From positions 832,001-896,000 of the forward strand of contig CAVWFS010000018.1 in NCBI GenBank assembly GCA_963754315.1: a DNA stretch of 64,000 bases, in the 5' to 3' direction. The stretch is from an uncultured Candidatus Rokubacteria bacterium (GTDB lineage Bacteria; Methylomirabilota; Methylomirabilia; Rokubacteriales; CSP1-6). The notes beneath the pieces were generated by a model, which was not told the DNA's origin, did no database searches, and saw only the letters and a list, made by a program, of their open reading frames with translations. The position numbers and the translations under genes were made by a program. This document shows positions 23,528-32,005 of this stretch, piece by piece (position 1 is the first letter of the stretch; every line of letters begins with the position of its first letter).

Positions 23528-24094
23528 ATGAAGAAGGCAGTGGTGATAACCGTGAGTGTGATCGCGGCGATGACGGTTGGAGCCTGGCTGGCCGGTGCTC
23601 AGGCCCCGGCCCCTGCCCCCGCCCCCGCCCAGAAAGTCGGCTCGGTAGACGTGCAGCGTGTGCTGGCCCGGGCCCAGGGAGGTGTGGCCGCCCGCGAGCA
23701 ACTCGAACGCGAGAAGGCCACCATGCAGAAGGAGATGGACGGCCGCCGCGTCGAGATCGAGAAGCTGAAAGAGGAGATCGAGAAGAAGGGCCCGCTCATG
23801 ACGGTCGAAGTGCGCCGAGAACGGCAGGACCTCTTCGAGCGCAAGCGCCGCGACGCGGCGCGACTGGCCGACGATCTCCAGAAGGAGCTCGAGAAGAAAG
23901 AGTCGGGGTTGCTTCAGAAGGTTCTGGCCGACCTGGCGGGAGTGATCGATCGAGTGGGCAAGGCGAAGGGCTACTTGCTCGTGGTTGAGCGCGCGCGGGG
24001 TGGGGTGCTGTACGTGGCCGCCGAGGCAGACCTCACCGATGAGGTCATCCGCGCCTACGACCAGGATTTGCAGAGCAAGGGAGGCAAGAAATAG
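23528..24094 (+). CDS. skp: Periplasmic chaperone Skp/OmpH
   Basis: SD AAGGAGG, signal peptide, KVGSVDVQRV, coiled coil, VLY...DLTDEVI; follows bamA. Confidence 0.92.
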   Translation: MKKAVVITVSVIAAMTVGAWLAGAQAPAPAPAPAQKVGSVDVQRVLARAQGGVAAREQLEREKATMQKEMDGRRVEIEKLKEEIEKKGPLMTVEVRRERQDLFERKRRDAARLADDLQKELEKKESGLLQKVLADLAGVIDRVGKAKGYLLVVERARGGVLYVAAEADLTDEVIRAYDQDLQSKGGKK

Positions 24095-24921
24095 CGATCC
24101 ATCCCACAGCCGTCGTGGATGCCCGGGCAGAGATTGGCCCTGGGGTCGACATCGGCGCCTTCACGGTGATCGACGGCGAGGTGACTATCGGAGCCGAGAC
24201 GGCCATCGGTCACCATGTCGTGCTCGAAGGACGGGTTGTGATCGGCCCGCGGGTCCGAATCGGACACGGGAGCGCGCTCGGCGGCATACCCCAGGATCTC
24301 AAGTTCAAGCCGGGCACTCCGTCGGGCGTCCGTGTCGGAGCGGGCACCGCTCTTCGTGAGTACGTCACCATTCACCGGGCCACCACGCCACACGGATGGA
24401 CGGAAGTCGGCGAGGAGTGCCTGCTCATGACCATGTGTCACGTGGCCCACGACTGCCGTCTCGGAGCCGGGGTTATCCTCATCAACTACGCGGGGCTCAC
24501 CGGGCACGTTGACGTCGGGGACCGGGCGACGGTCGGAGGTCTCACCGGCGTGGCGCCGTTCATCCGTATCGGCAGCTTCGCCTACGTGGGAGGCTGCTCG
24601 AAGGTGACGGCGGACGTTCCTCCCTACGTTATCGTCAGCGGCATTCCCGCCACGGCGCGCGGGGTGAACGTGGTCGGGCTCCGCCGAGGGGGTGTGGCTA
24701 TGGCAGAGCGTCGCCTGGTGCAGGATGCGTACCGCGTCTTGTACCGGAGCGGGCTCGCTCCCGCGCGGGCCCTCGAGACGATCCGGGCAACCCTGCCCGC
24801 CACACCGGCCGTGACCCACCTCGTCGAGTTTGTGGCCGCCGCCCGCCGGGGTGTCTGTGGGCCAGCCCGTCGGTTGTCGTCGATGGTACCCGACCAGGGC
24901 GAGAGCGAGCGGGTACCCTGA
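24091..24921 (+). CDS. lpxA: Acyl-ACP--UDP-N-acetylglucosamine acyltransferase LpxA (probable ATA start)
   Basis: IHPTAVVD N-terminus, hexapeptide repeats, PQDLKF, REYVTIHRAT, HVAHDC, GHV, DVPPY, GVNVVGLRR. Confidence 0.95.
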   Translation: MAIHPTAVVDARAEIGPGVDIGAFTVIDGEVTIGAETAIGHHVVLEGRVVIGPRVRIGHGSALGGIPQDLKFKPGTPSGVRVGAGTALREYVTIHRATTPHGWTEVGEECLLMTMCHVAHDCRLGAGVILINYAGLTGHVDVGDRATVGGLTGVAPFIRIGSFAYVGGCSKVTADVPPYVIVSGIPATARGVNVVGLRRGGVAMAERRLVQDAYRVLYRSGLAPARALETIRATLPATPAVTHLVEFVAAARRGVCGPARRLSSMVPDQGESERVP

Positions 24922-25949
24922 TGGACAACTCCGAGCGCCGCGTACGGGCCGGTGTGGTGGGGGCTGGCCACATGGGGCAGTACCATATCCTGGTGTTCGC
25001 CGAGTTGTGGGAAGTCGACCTGGTCGGGGTCGTCGACGTCGACGAGGAACGAGCAACCAGCATCGCGCGCAAATACGAAACGCTGGCCTTCCATGACCAT
25101 CGCGATCTCATCGGCCGGGTAGACGTGGCGACGGTAGCCGTGCCGACCGACCAACACTTCGCGGTAACGCGGGATTTGCTGGAAGCCGGCGTCAGTGTGC
25201 TGGTGGAAAAGCCGATGACCCCGACCTTGGAGGAGGCGCGCGCGCTCTTCGAGATCGCTCGGCGCAACGGTGTTGCCCTCCACGTCGGCCACGTGGAGCG
25301 CTTCAACGGGGCCGTGCAGGAGCTGCGCAAGATCGTCGAGCAGCCCATCCTCATCGAGTCGCGTCGTCTCGGACCCTTTGTGCCGCGCGTCCAGAACGAC
25401 ACGGTGGTCATGGATCTGATGATCCACGACATCGATATCGTCCTCAACCTGGTCGAAGCTCGACCGCGTGTCCTGGCCGCTCTCGGCTCCTCCGTGCACT
25501 CCGGGTTCATCGACGTGGCCACCGTCCAGATCTCGTTCGACTCGGGGGCCATCGCCATCATTACCGCCAGCCGAGCTACCGAAGAGAAGATCCGCACCCT
25601 GGCCGTGACTCAACGCGAGGCCTACATCGTCCTCGACTACAGCGATCAGAGCATCGAGATTCGGCGCCGAGCGGCGCAGGAGTACAGCCTCAACCGTGAG
25701 GCCATCCGCTATCGGCAGGCCTCGTTCGTCGAGCACGTCTTTGTCCACAAGGACAATCCGCTCAAGCACGAGGTTCTCCACCTGGTGCGGGCGTTTCGAC
25801 GGATCCGGACTGGCGAGGCGCCCGTGTTGGCGGAGGGTGAGGATCTGCGCTCGCTGGCCGTCGCGCTTACCATCGAGCGCATGATACGGGAGGGACGCAC
25901 GGAGACGGCCTTCCCCGCCGACCTCCCGTGGAGCGGACGCTCGCATTGA
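24921..25949 (+). CDS. Gfo/Idh/MocA oxidoreductase, GnnA-like (putative UDP-GlcNAc 3-dehydrogenase)
   Basis: GVVGAGHMG, VLVEKP, GHVERFN, DLMIHDID; lies between lpxA and lpxI/lpxB. Confidence 0.85.
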   Translation: MDNSERRVRAGVVGAGHMGQYHILVFAELWEVDLVGVVDVDEERATSIARKYETLAFHDHRDLIGRVDVATVAVPTDQHFAVTRDLLEAGVSVLVEKPMTPTLEEARALFEIARRNGVALHVGHVERFNGAVQELRKIVEQPILIESRRLGPFVPRVQNDTVVMDLMIHDIDIVLNLVEARPRVLAALGSSVHSGFIDVATVQISFDSGAIAIITASRATEEKIRTLAVTQREAYIVLDYSDQSIEIRRRAAQEYSLNREAIRYRQASFVEHVFVHKDNPLKHEVLHLVRAFRRIRTGEAPVLAEGEDLRSLAVALTIERMIREGRTETAFPADLPWSGRSH

Positions 25950-26746
25950 TGTGCGGCGCCGGTCCGTTGCCGGCGCGGATGGCACGAGAGGCCCGACGCC
26001 AGGGATGGCGGGTGGTCGCCTTCGCGTTCGCCGAGGCGGAAGGGCTGTCCGAGCACGTCGAGCGCGTGATACCGAGCCGGGTTACCGAACTCGGCCCTGT
26101 CCTGGAGGTGCTGCAAGGAGAACGAGTCTCCGCCGCGCTGTTCGCGGGGAAGTTCTGGATGCAGACGCTCGTGACCGGTGACCGCGCCACCGCTGACGCG
26201 GTGACCGCATCATTCGAGCGGCAGGCACAGTCACGGACCGACACGGATCTGTCGCGCGTCGTGGTCATGACCCTGGCTCAGCTTGGAATCAGCGTGCTAG
26301 ATCAACGGGATTTTCTGGGCGACTGGCTGGCGCCGGCCGGGTGTCTGACCGAGCATAGCCCGTCCGAGGAGCAATGGCGTGACGTGCGGACGGGGCTCCT
26401 CGTTGCGCGTCGCGTGGCCGAATCGGGGGTCGGCCAGACTGTAGTCGTTCGGCATGGAGTCGTCACGGCTGTGGAAGCGGTGGAGGGGACGAACGAGACA
26501 ATCCGGCGCGGCACTCGGCTGGCGGGTCCAGAGGCGGTCGTCGTCAAGACCGTCGCGGGCCATCACGACTATCGTTTCGATCTGCCGGTAATCGGTCGCG
26601 AGACGGTGGAGGTGGCGGTAGCTGGAGGCGCGAGTGTGCTGGCCTTCGAGGCGGGCCGGGTCCTCCTCCTAGAGCCGCAGCCGACACTCGAGCGAGCGGA
26701 ATCGGCCGGGATGGCCGTGGTGAGCGTGGATGGTGATGGCGCGTGA
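25928..26746 (+). CDS. lpxI: UDP-2,3-diacylglucosamine pyrophosphatase LpxI family (DUF1009)
   Basis: GAGPLP, VGQTVVV, AVEAVEGT, DYRFDLPVIG; lipid A cluster context. Confidence 0.88.
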   Translation: MERTLALMCGAGPLPARMAREARRQGWRVVAFAFAEAEGLSEHVERVIPSRVTELGPVLEVLQGERVSAALFAGKFWMQTLVTGDRATADAVTASFERQAQSRTDTDLSRVVVMTLAQLGISVLDQRDFLGDWLAPAGCLTEHSPSEEQWRDVRTGLLVARRVAESGVGQTVVVRHGVVTAVEAVEGTNETIRRGTRLAGPEAVVVKTVAGHHDYRFDLPVIGRETVEVAVAGGASVLAFEAGRVLLLEPQPTLERAESAGMAVVSVDGDGA

Positions 26747-27938
26747 GGTGCTCGCGCGGGCCGACCTGATCGCTGCTCAGTCGGCGCCGTCGCCAGGGGC
26801 TGGGACCATCATGATCGTGGCAGGAGAGCCGTCAGGGGATCTGCACGGAGCGGCCCTCGCCCGCGCCCTGCGCGCCCAGGCGCCCGATATTCTCCTGATC
26901 GGGATGGGGGGACCGGCCATGGCCGGGGCCGGTGTGGAACGCGTGGTCGACGTGACGGCCGAGGCCACCGTCGGCTTCAGCGAAGTCGTCGGACGCGTTG
27001 GACTCCTCTGGCGTGCGTTCCGACGATTGCGCACCCGCATGGGAGGATTGGCGCCGCCCCGCGCACTTGTGCTGATCGACTTTCCCGAGTTCAACCTGCG
27101 CCTTGCCAGGGTGGCGCGGCGGGCCGGCATCCCTGTCGTCTACTTCATTCCGCCTCAGATCTGGGCCTGGCGCCCCGGGCGTATGAAGACGATCCGCCGC
27201 CTGATCTCGCTGGTGCTGGTAGTGTTGCCGTTCGAGCGCGACCTCTACCGGGCCGCTGGCGTCGGGGTCGAGTTCGTGGGGCATCCGCTCCGGGATCACA
27301 TGGCTGACGCGCCTTCGCGCGCCGCTGCGCGCCGTCAGTTCGGCCTCGAGGACGATGACGAGATGCTCGCCCTTCTGCCCGGAAGCCGGCGCGTGGAGAT
27401 CGCGGCGGTGCTCCCGGCCATGCGCGATGCGGCCGTCCTCATTTCATCTCGGCGTCCGGCCACGCGCTTTGCTCTCGCGCTGGCTCCGACCGTCGAGCGC
27501 AGTGTGGTGGAGGCTGTGCTGGGGCCGGGGTCGCCCATCCAGGTCGTCGAGGACGGCACGTACGCGGTCATCCGGGCCGCGGACTTGCTTTTGGTAACAT
27601 CGGGAACGGCCACATTGGAGGCTGCATTACTGGGCACACCGATGGTCGTGTGCTATCGACTGAGCGCGTTCAGTGAAGCTATCGCGCGGGTTCTTGTGCG
27701 CGTCCCCTGGATGAGCTTACCCAACTTGCTGGCGGGGAGGGTGGTGGTTCCCGAGTTCTACCGTCGGGCGACCACTCCGGCCCAGCTCGCCGACACGACC
27801 CTGAAGCTCCTCGACGACGCAGCGGCGCTGTCCGCGCAGCGTCAGGCGTTCACCGAGATCGCTGACCAGCTTGGTGAGGGCAACGTGGCCGCGCGCGCGG
27901 CAAGCCTAGTGCTGGCCATGGCGACGAGGATGCAGTGA
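26736..27938 (+). CDS. lpxB: Lipid-A-disaccharide synthase
   Basis: VAGEPSGDLHG, IDFPEFN, PQIWAWR, FVGHP, LLPGSR, SGTATLE. Confidence 0.96.
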   Translation: MAREVLARADLIAAQSAPSPGAGTIMIVAGEPSGDLHGAALARALRAQAPDILLIGMGGPAMAGAGVERVVDVTAEATVGFSEVVGRVGLLWRAFRRLRTRMGGLAPPRALVLIDFPEFNLRLARVARRAGIPVVYFIPPQIWAWRPGRMKTIRRLISLVLVVLPFERDLYRAAGVGVEFVGHPLRDHMADAPSRAAARRQFGLEDDDEMLALLPGSRRVEIAAVLPAMRDAAVLISSRRPATRFALALAPTVERSVVEAVLGPGSPIQVVEDGTYAVIRAADLLLVTSGTATLEAALLGTPMVVCYRLSAFSEAIARVLVRVPWMSLPNLLAGRVVVPEFYRRATTPAQLADTTLKLLDDAAALSAQRQAFTEIADQLGEGNVAARAASLVLAMATRMQ

Positions 27939-28600
27939 AAGGTGGTCCACTCTTCCAGCGCCTGACGCCGCCGCTGGCGGCGACGCTCGTGCGCGGCCTT
28001 GGTATGACCTTGCGCCTCACGGTCGAGGGTGTGGCGGAACTAGCGCCGCTCTGGCACAGCGGCCGCCCCGTCATCTACGCGCTCTGGCACGGTCAGCTTC
28101 TCATGGTTCCGTGGCTGAACGCTCGCCTGCGCCGGGTAGCCGGTGCGCGGCCGGCGCGCGTGCTCGCGAGCCGCTCGCGGGACGGCGAGATGGTGACGCG
28201 CTATGTCCAGCAGTTCGGGATCGAGGTCATTCGGGGCTCCACCTCGCGTGGAGGGGCGGGCGCCGTGCGCGCCCTCCTCGCGGCCCTCGAGGCCGGCGAG
28301 GATATCGCGGTCGTTCCTGATGGTCCTCGGGGACCACACCGGCACGCCCAGCCTGGCGTGGTGGCCCTGGCCGCTCTGAGTGGAGCCCCGATCGTGCCCC
28401 TGGGCTTCGCGGCACGCCCGGCTTGGCGCCTCTCCACGTGGGACGACTTCATCGTCCCCGTGCCCTTCGCGCGCGCGGCGGCCACGATCGGCGCGCCCCT
28501 CGTGGTGGGCCGCGACACCGATCGCGGGCGCGCGCTGAAGGATCTCGAGCAAGCCCTGGGCGAGATGGTCGCCACCGCGGAACACCGGGTGGGGACGTGA
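27935..28600 (+). CDS. DUF374 lysophospholipid acyltransferase family (LpxJ-like)
   Basis: YALWHG, SRSRDGE, IRGSTSRGG, PDGPRGP, WDDFIVPVPF. Confidence 0.85.
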   Translation: MKGGPLFQRLTPPLAATLVRGLGMTLRLTVEGVAELAPLWHSGRPVIYALWHGQLLMVPWLNARLRRVAGARPARVLASRSRDGEMVTRYVQQFGIEVIRGSTSRGGAGAVRALLAALEAGEDIAVVPDGPRGPHRHAQPGVVALAALSGAPIVPLGFAARPAWRLSTWDDFIVPVPFARAAATIGAPLVVGRDTDRGRALKDLEQALGEMVATAEHRVGT

Positions 28601-29907
28601 TCCACGGCCTGTACACGGCAGCGCTGACCGGTGTCATCACAGCGTATGCCCCGTTTGCCATTGGCCGTCGACTGACGAAGGGTGTCCCTCTGAATCTACG
28701 AGCACGCCTCGGATACGATGCCCGGCCTCCCCGTGGGCGCCCGGCGGGATGGATCCATGCCGTTTCTGTGGGCGAAGCGATCACCGCGGCGCCGCTCGTG
28801 ATGGGCTTGCGCGAGCGCTATCCCGAACTGCCGCTGGTTGTCACCACGGTGACGGAGACCGGTGCCCGGGTGGTGCACGAGCGCCTCGCCATCGCGGCCG
28901 AGCACCGCTACTTTCCACTTGACCTTCCGGGTGCGGTCGGCCGCGTGGTCGCTGCGATCGACCCCCTCTTTTTCGTCTGCATGGAGACCGAGTTGTGGCC
29001 GAATGTGCTGAGGGACCTCCATCGTCGCGGGGTTCCGGTGATCATGGCGAACGGTCGACTCTCCGATCGGTCGTTCCGACGCTACGCACTGGTGCGCACC
29101 ATGATGGGCCCCATGCTGAGCTCGATACGGGTCTTTGCCATGCGGTCCGAGGAGGATGCCCGACGCATCATTGCCCTCGGTGCGAGTCCCGAGCGTGTGG
29201 TGATCACGGGCAACATGAAGAACGATGCGCTCCCAAGTTCCGCGGACCGGGTGGACAGCTGGCGACGGCAGCTTGGTCTGGTCGGGGCCCGGCGTGTGTG
29301 GGTGGCGGGAAGTACACATCGCGGGGAGGAAGAGGCGGTCCTGGAGGCCCATGCGGCAGCCAAGACCGATCACCACGACCTCGCCCTGATCATCGCTCCG
29401 CGACATCCAGAACGCGCCCAAGAGGTGCAGACCCTCGTGGAGGCGCGCGGATGGCGCGCCGTCAAGCGCAGCAAGCTGTCCGCGACGGAGCGTGCCGACG
29501 CGGTGGTCATTCTCGACACCGTCGGCGAACTGGCCGAGCTGTACGGAGTGGCCGACGCGGTCTTCGTCGGCGGCAGCCTCGTCACTGCGGGTGGCCACAA
29601 CATGCTAGAGCCGGCCCGCCTGCACAAGCCGGTGCTGTTCGGTCCGCATACGACGAACTTTCGTGAACCCGCCGCCGCGCTCACAGCCACCGGTGGTGGT
29701 TTCGTCGTGATGAACGCCGAGGAGCTCGGTGAACGCCTGCGGTATCTGTTGGCCCATCCCGCGGAACGCCAGCGTGCGGGAGAAGCGGCTCATGCGACCG
29801 TCCTCTCCCGGCAGGGGGCTGTGCAACGCACCCTCGCCCTGCTCACCCAGCTCATCGATGCGCTTCCTCAGGCCTCATCGAGCCGACGACCAGGAGCGAA
29901 CGCGTGA
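28597..29907 (+). CDS. waaA: Kdo transferase
   Basis: WIHAVSVGE, ETELWPN, NGRLS, GSTH, APRHPER, DTVGEL, GGHNMLEPA. Confidence 0.96.
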   Translation: MIHGLYTAALTGVITAYAPFAIGRRLTKGVPLNLRARLGYDARPPRGRPAGWIHAVSVGEAITAAPLVMGLRERYPELPLVVTTVTETGARVVHERLAIAAEHRYFPLDLPGAVGRVVAAIDPLFFVCMETELWPNVLRDLHRRGVPVIMANGRLSDRSFRRYALVRTMMGPMLSSIRVFAMRSEEDARRIIALGASPERVVITGNMKNDALPSSADRVDSWRRQLGLVGARRVWVAGSTHRGEEEAVLEAHAAAKTDHHDLALIIAPRHPERAQEVQTLVEARGWRAVKRSKLSATERADAVVILDTVGELAELYGVADAVFVGGSLVTAGGHNMLEPARLHKPVLFGPHTTNFREPAAALTATGGGFVVMNAEELGERLRYLLAHPAERQRAGEAAHATVLSRQGAVQRTLALLTQLIDALPQASSSRRPGANA

Positions 29908-30998
29908 CGTCCCGAGTCTCCGCGCGCTGGGTGACGGCGTGGGAGGGAGGTCCCCGGCCCGCGCCCCGTCCCCTCCTGGCCATGCTATCCGGGGCCTACC
30001 GCGGTATGGTGACGACCCACAGGTGGCTCTACCGGACCGGCGTGTTTCGCTCGAAGGCTGTCGGATGCCCGGTCGTTTCCCTCGGGAATATCACGGTGGG
30101 TGGAACGGGCAAGACCCCGGCCGTGGAACTCGCCGTACAGACCCTGACGCAACTCGGCTACCGGCCGGCTGTGGTGAGCCGAGGATACCGACGGCGTAGC
30201 CGTGGTGTGCAGATCGTGGCCGATGCCGCCTCGATCCGGCTCGAACCCGAAGACGCGGGCGACGAGCCGTTTCTGCTCGCCCGGCGGCTTCCGGGTATCC
30301 CCGTCGTGGTGGGCGACAATCGTGCGGAAGCAGTCCAGCTGGCGCGGGATCGCTTCGGGATCACGGCCGTGGTCCTCGACGATGGATTCCAGCATCGCAC
30401 CTTGGTGAAGGATCTCGAGATCGTCATGGCCCGCGCCCGAAAACCGTGGGGCAATGGCCGGCTGCTGCCGAGCGGTCCGCTGCGCGAGCCTCTCGGAGCG
30501 CTGGCTCGGGCTGACCTCGTGGTCGCGGCGGGCGCGCCGTCCCTCGAGGACGCGCCGGAGGTCGTCGAAGCCGTTCGCCGTTACAGGCCCGACTGCCCGG
30601 TTCTTGCTGCCCGTTACGTCCCCACCGAGTGCTGGGAGGCGCAGCGGGTGCGCCCGGTACCCCTTGGACAGCTGGCGGGCGCTCGGCTCGTCGCCTTCGC
30701 CGGTATCGCTTCTCCGCACGGGTTTCAAGCCACCCTCGACGAGATCGGGGTGCACGTGGAAACGGCGACCCGATTCCGAGATCATCATTGGTACAGCGAG
30801 CGGGATCTCACCGCGCTGGAGGCTCAGGCGGCGGAACCCGGAATCGACGGATTGGTGACGACGGAGAAGGACTGGGTGAGGCTGCGCGCGCTGAGACCCT
30901 GCCGGCGTCCCCTCTACGTTGTGAGCGTGAGGCTTGATCTTCGCTCCGGTCAGGCTGAATGGCTGAGCGCCTTCGAGCGAGCGTGCCGCAAACGGTAG
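29904..30998 (+). CDS. lpxK: Tetraacyldisaccharide 4'-kinase
   Basis: GNITVGGTGKTP, SRGY, GDEP, LDDGFQH, LPSGPLRE, TTEKD. Confidence 0.96.
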   Translation: MTSRVSARWVTAWEGGPRPAPRPLLAMLSGAYRGMVTTHRWLYRTGVFRSKAVGCPVVSLGNITVGGTGKTPAVELAVQTLTQLGYRPAVVSRGYRRRSRGVQIVADAASIRLEPEDAGDEPFLLARRLPGIPVVVGDNRAEAVQLARDRFGITAVVLDDGFQHRTLVKDLEIVMARARKPWGNGRLLPSGPLREPLGALARADLVVAAGAPSLEDAPEVVEAVRRYRPDCPVLAARYVPTECWEAQRVRPVPLGQLAGARLVAFAGIASPHGFQATLDEIGVHVETATRFRDHHWYSERDLTALEAQAAEPGIDGLVTTEKDWVRLRALRPCRRPLYVVSVRLDLRSGQAEWLSAFERACRKR

Positions 30999-32005
30999 TC
31001 GTCAGGTTGCCGAACTGGCTCGGTGATACCGTGATGGCGGTTCCCGCAATCCGCGCGCTGCAGGCCCGATGGACCGAGGCCCGGCTCGTCCTCGCGGGCC
31101 CGTGGGCCTTCCTCCTGGCGGGCCAGGAGCTGGCCGACGTTCTCGTCGACTATCCTCGATCTTGGGCGGGCCGGTTGCGGAGCGCGGACACCGTGCGTTC
31201 TCTCCACGGGGACGTGGCCGTACTCCTGCCGAACTCGTTCGAAGCGGCCGTGGCCGGCCAATACTGGGGAGCGCGCCGGCTCGTCGGCTTCGCCGCGGGT
31301 GGGCGCTCGTGGCTCCTCACCGACGCGGTCCCCGTTCCTAGCTCGCGCCGACATCAAGTCGACGAGTACATCCTTCTCGTCGAGCATCTTGGTGCGGTCG
31401 TGGAGGAACGGATGCCGCGCCTGGTGGCCCCTGACTGGCACTCCGTGGGGCGCCACCGCGTGCGCGCGCTCATCGAGGAGGCGGGCGGGGCACGACATTC
31501 TTGCAACCGTCCGTGGATCGGTCTTCATCTCGGAGCTGCCTTTGGATCGTCCAAGGTGTGGCCGCACGAACGGGTGGTGGAATTCTGTCGGGTCGTCGAG
31601 GCAAGAGGGATGACAACCGTCCTTCTCGGGTCGCCGGCCGAGCGGATGGCCGCGGAAGCGGTGGTCGGCCGCGCGCCTGCGCTGAGCCTCGTGGGTCGCG
31701 ACCAGCCCGACCTGCTGACGGCGGTACTCGCGGAGATGGACGTTCTCGTCGGCGGTGACACCGGCGTGGGGCACCTGGCGGCGGCGCTCGGTACGCCGGT
31801 GGTGACCTTGTTCGGCCCCACTGATCCAGCCCTCACCGCGCCACGAGGCCCCGGGTGTGTTGTGCGCCATCCGGTGCCCTGTGCGCCATGCTTTTACCGG
31901 GTATGTCCAATCGATCACCCCTGCCTGAGGAGCATCGACCCGACGATGGTGGTAGACCAGGTCCTCAGCGTGCTGAGACCGGAAGCTCGAGGGCGAGGGC
32001 GATGA
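30983..32005 (+). CDS. waaF: Lipopolysaccharide heptosyltransferase II (GT9)
   Basis: RLPNWLGDTVM, LLPNSF, GAAFGSSKVW, DTGVGHLAAA, FGPT, CAPC...CP...C. Confidence 0.9.
   Translation: MPQTVVVRLPNWLGDTVMAVPAIRALQARWTEARLVLAGPWAFLLAGQELADVLVDYPRSWAGRLRSADTVRSLHGDVAVLLPNSFEAAVAGQYWGARRLVGFAAGGRSWLLTDAVPVPSSRRHQVDEYILLVEHLGAVVEERMPRLVAPDWHSVGRHRVRALIEEAGGARHSCNRPWIGLHLGAAFGSSKVWPHERVVEFCRVVEARGMTTVLLGSPAERMAAEAVVGRAPALSLVGRDQPDLLTAVLAEMDVLVGGDTGVGHLAAALGTPVVTLFGPTDPALTAPRGPGCVVRHPVPCAPCFYRVCPIDHPCLRSIDPTMVVDQVLSVLRPEARGRGR

Noticed and set aside
23601..23630. GCCCC(N) tandem repeat
   Set aside because: Encodes the APAPAPAPA linker of Skp; low complexity only
20828..23701. 957-aa minus-strand ORF
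   Set aside because: Codon-aligned antisense of bamA; no independent protein features
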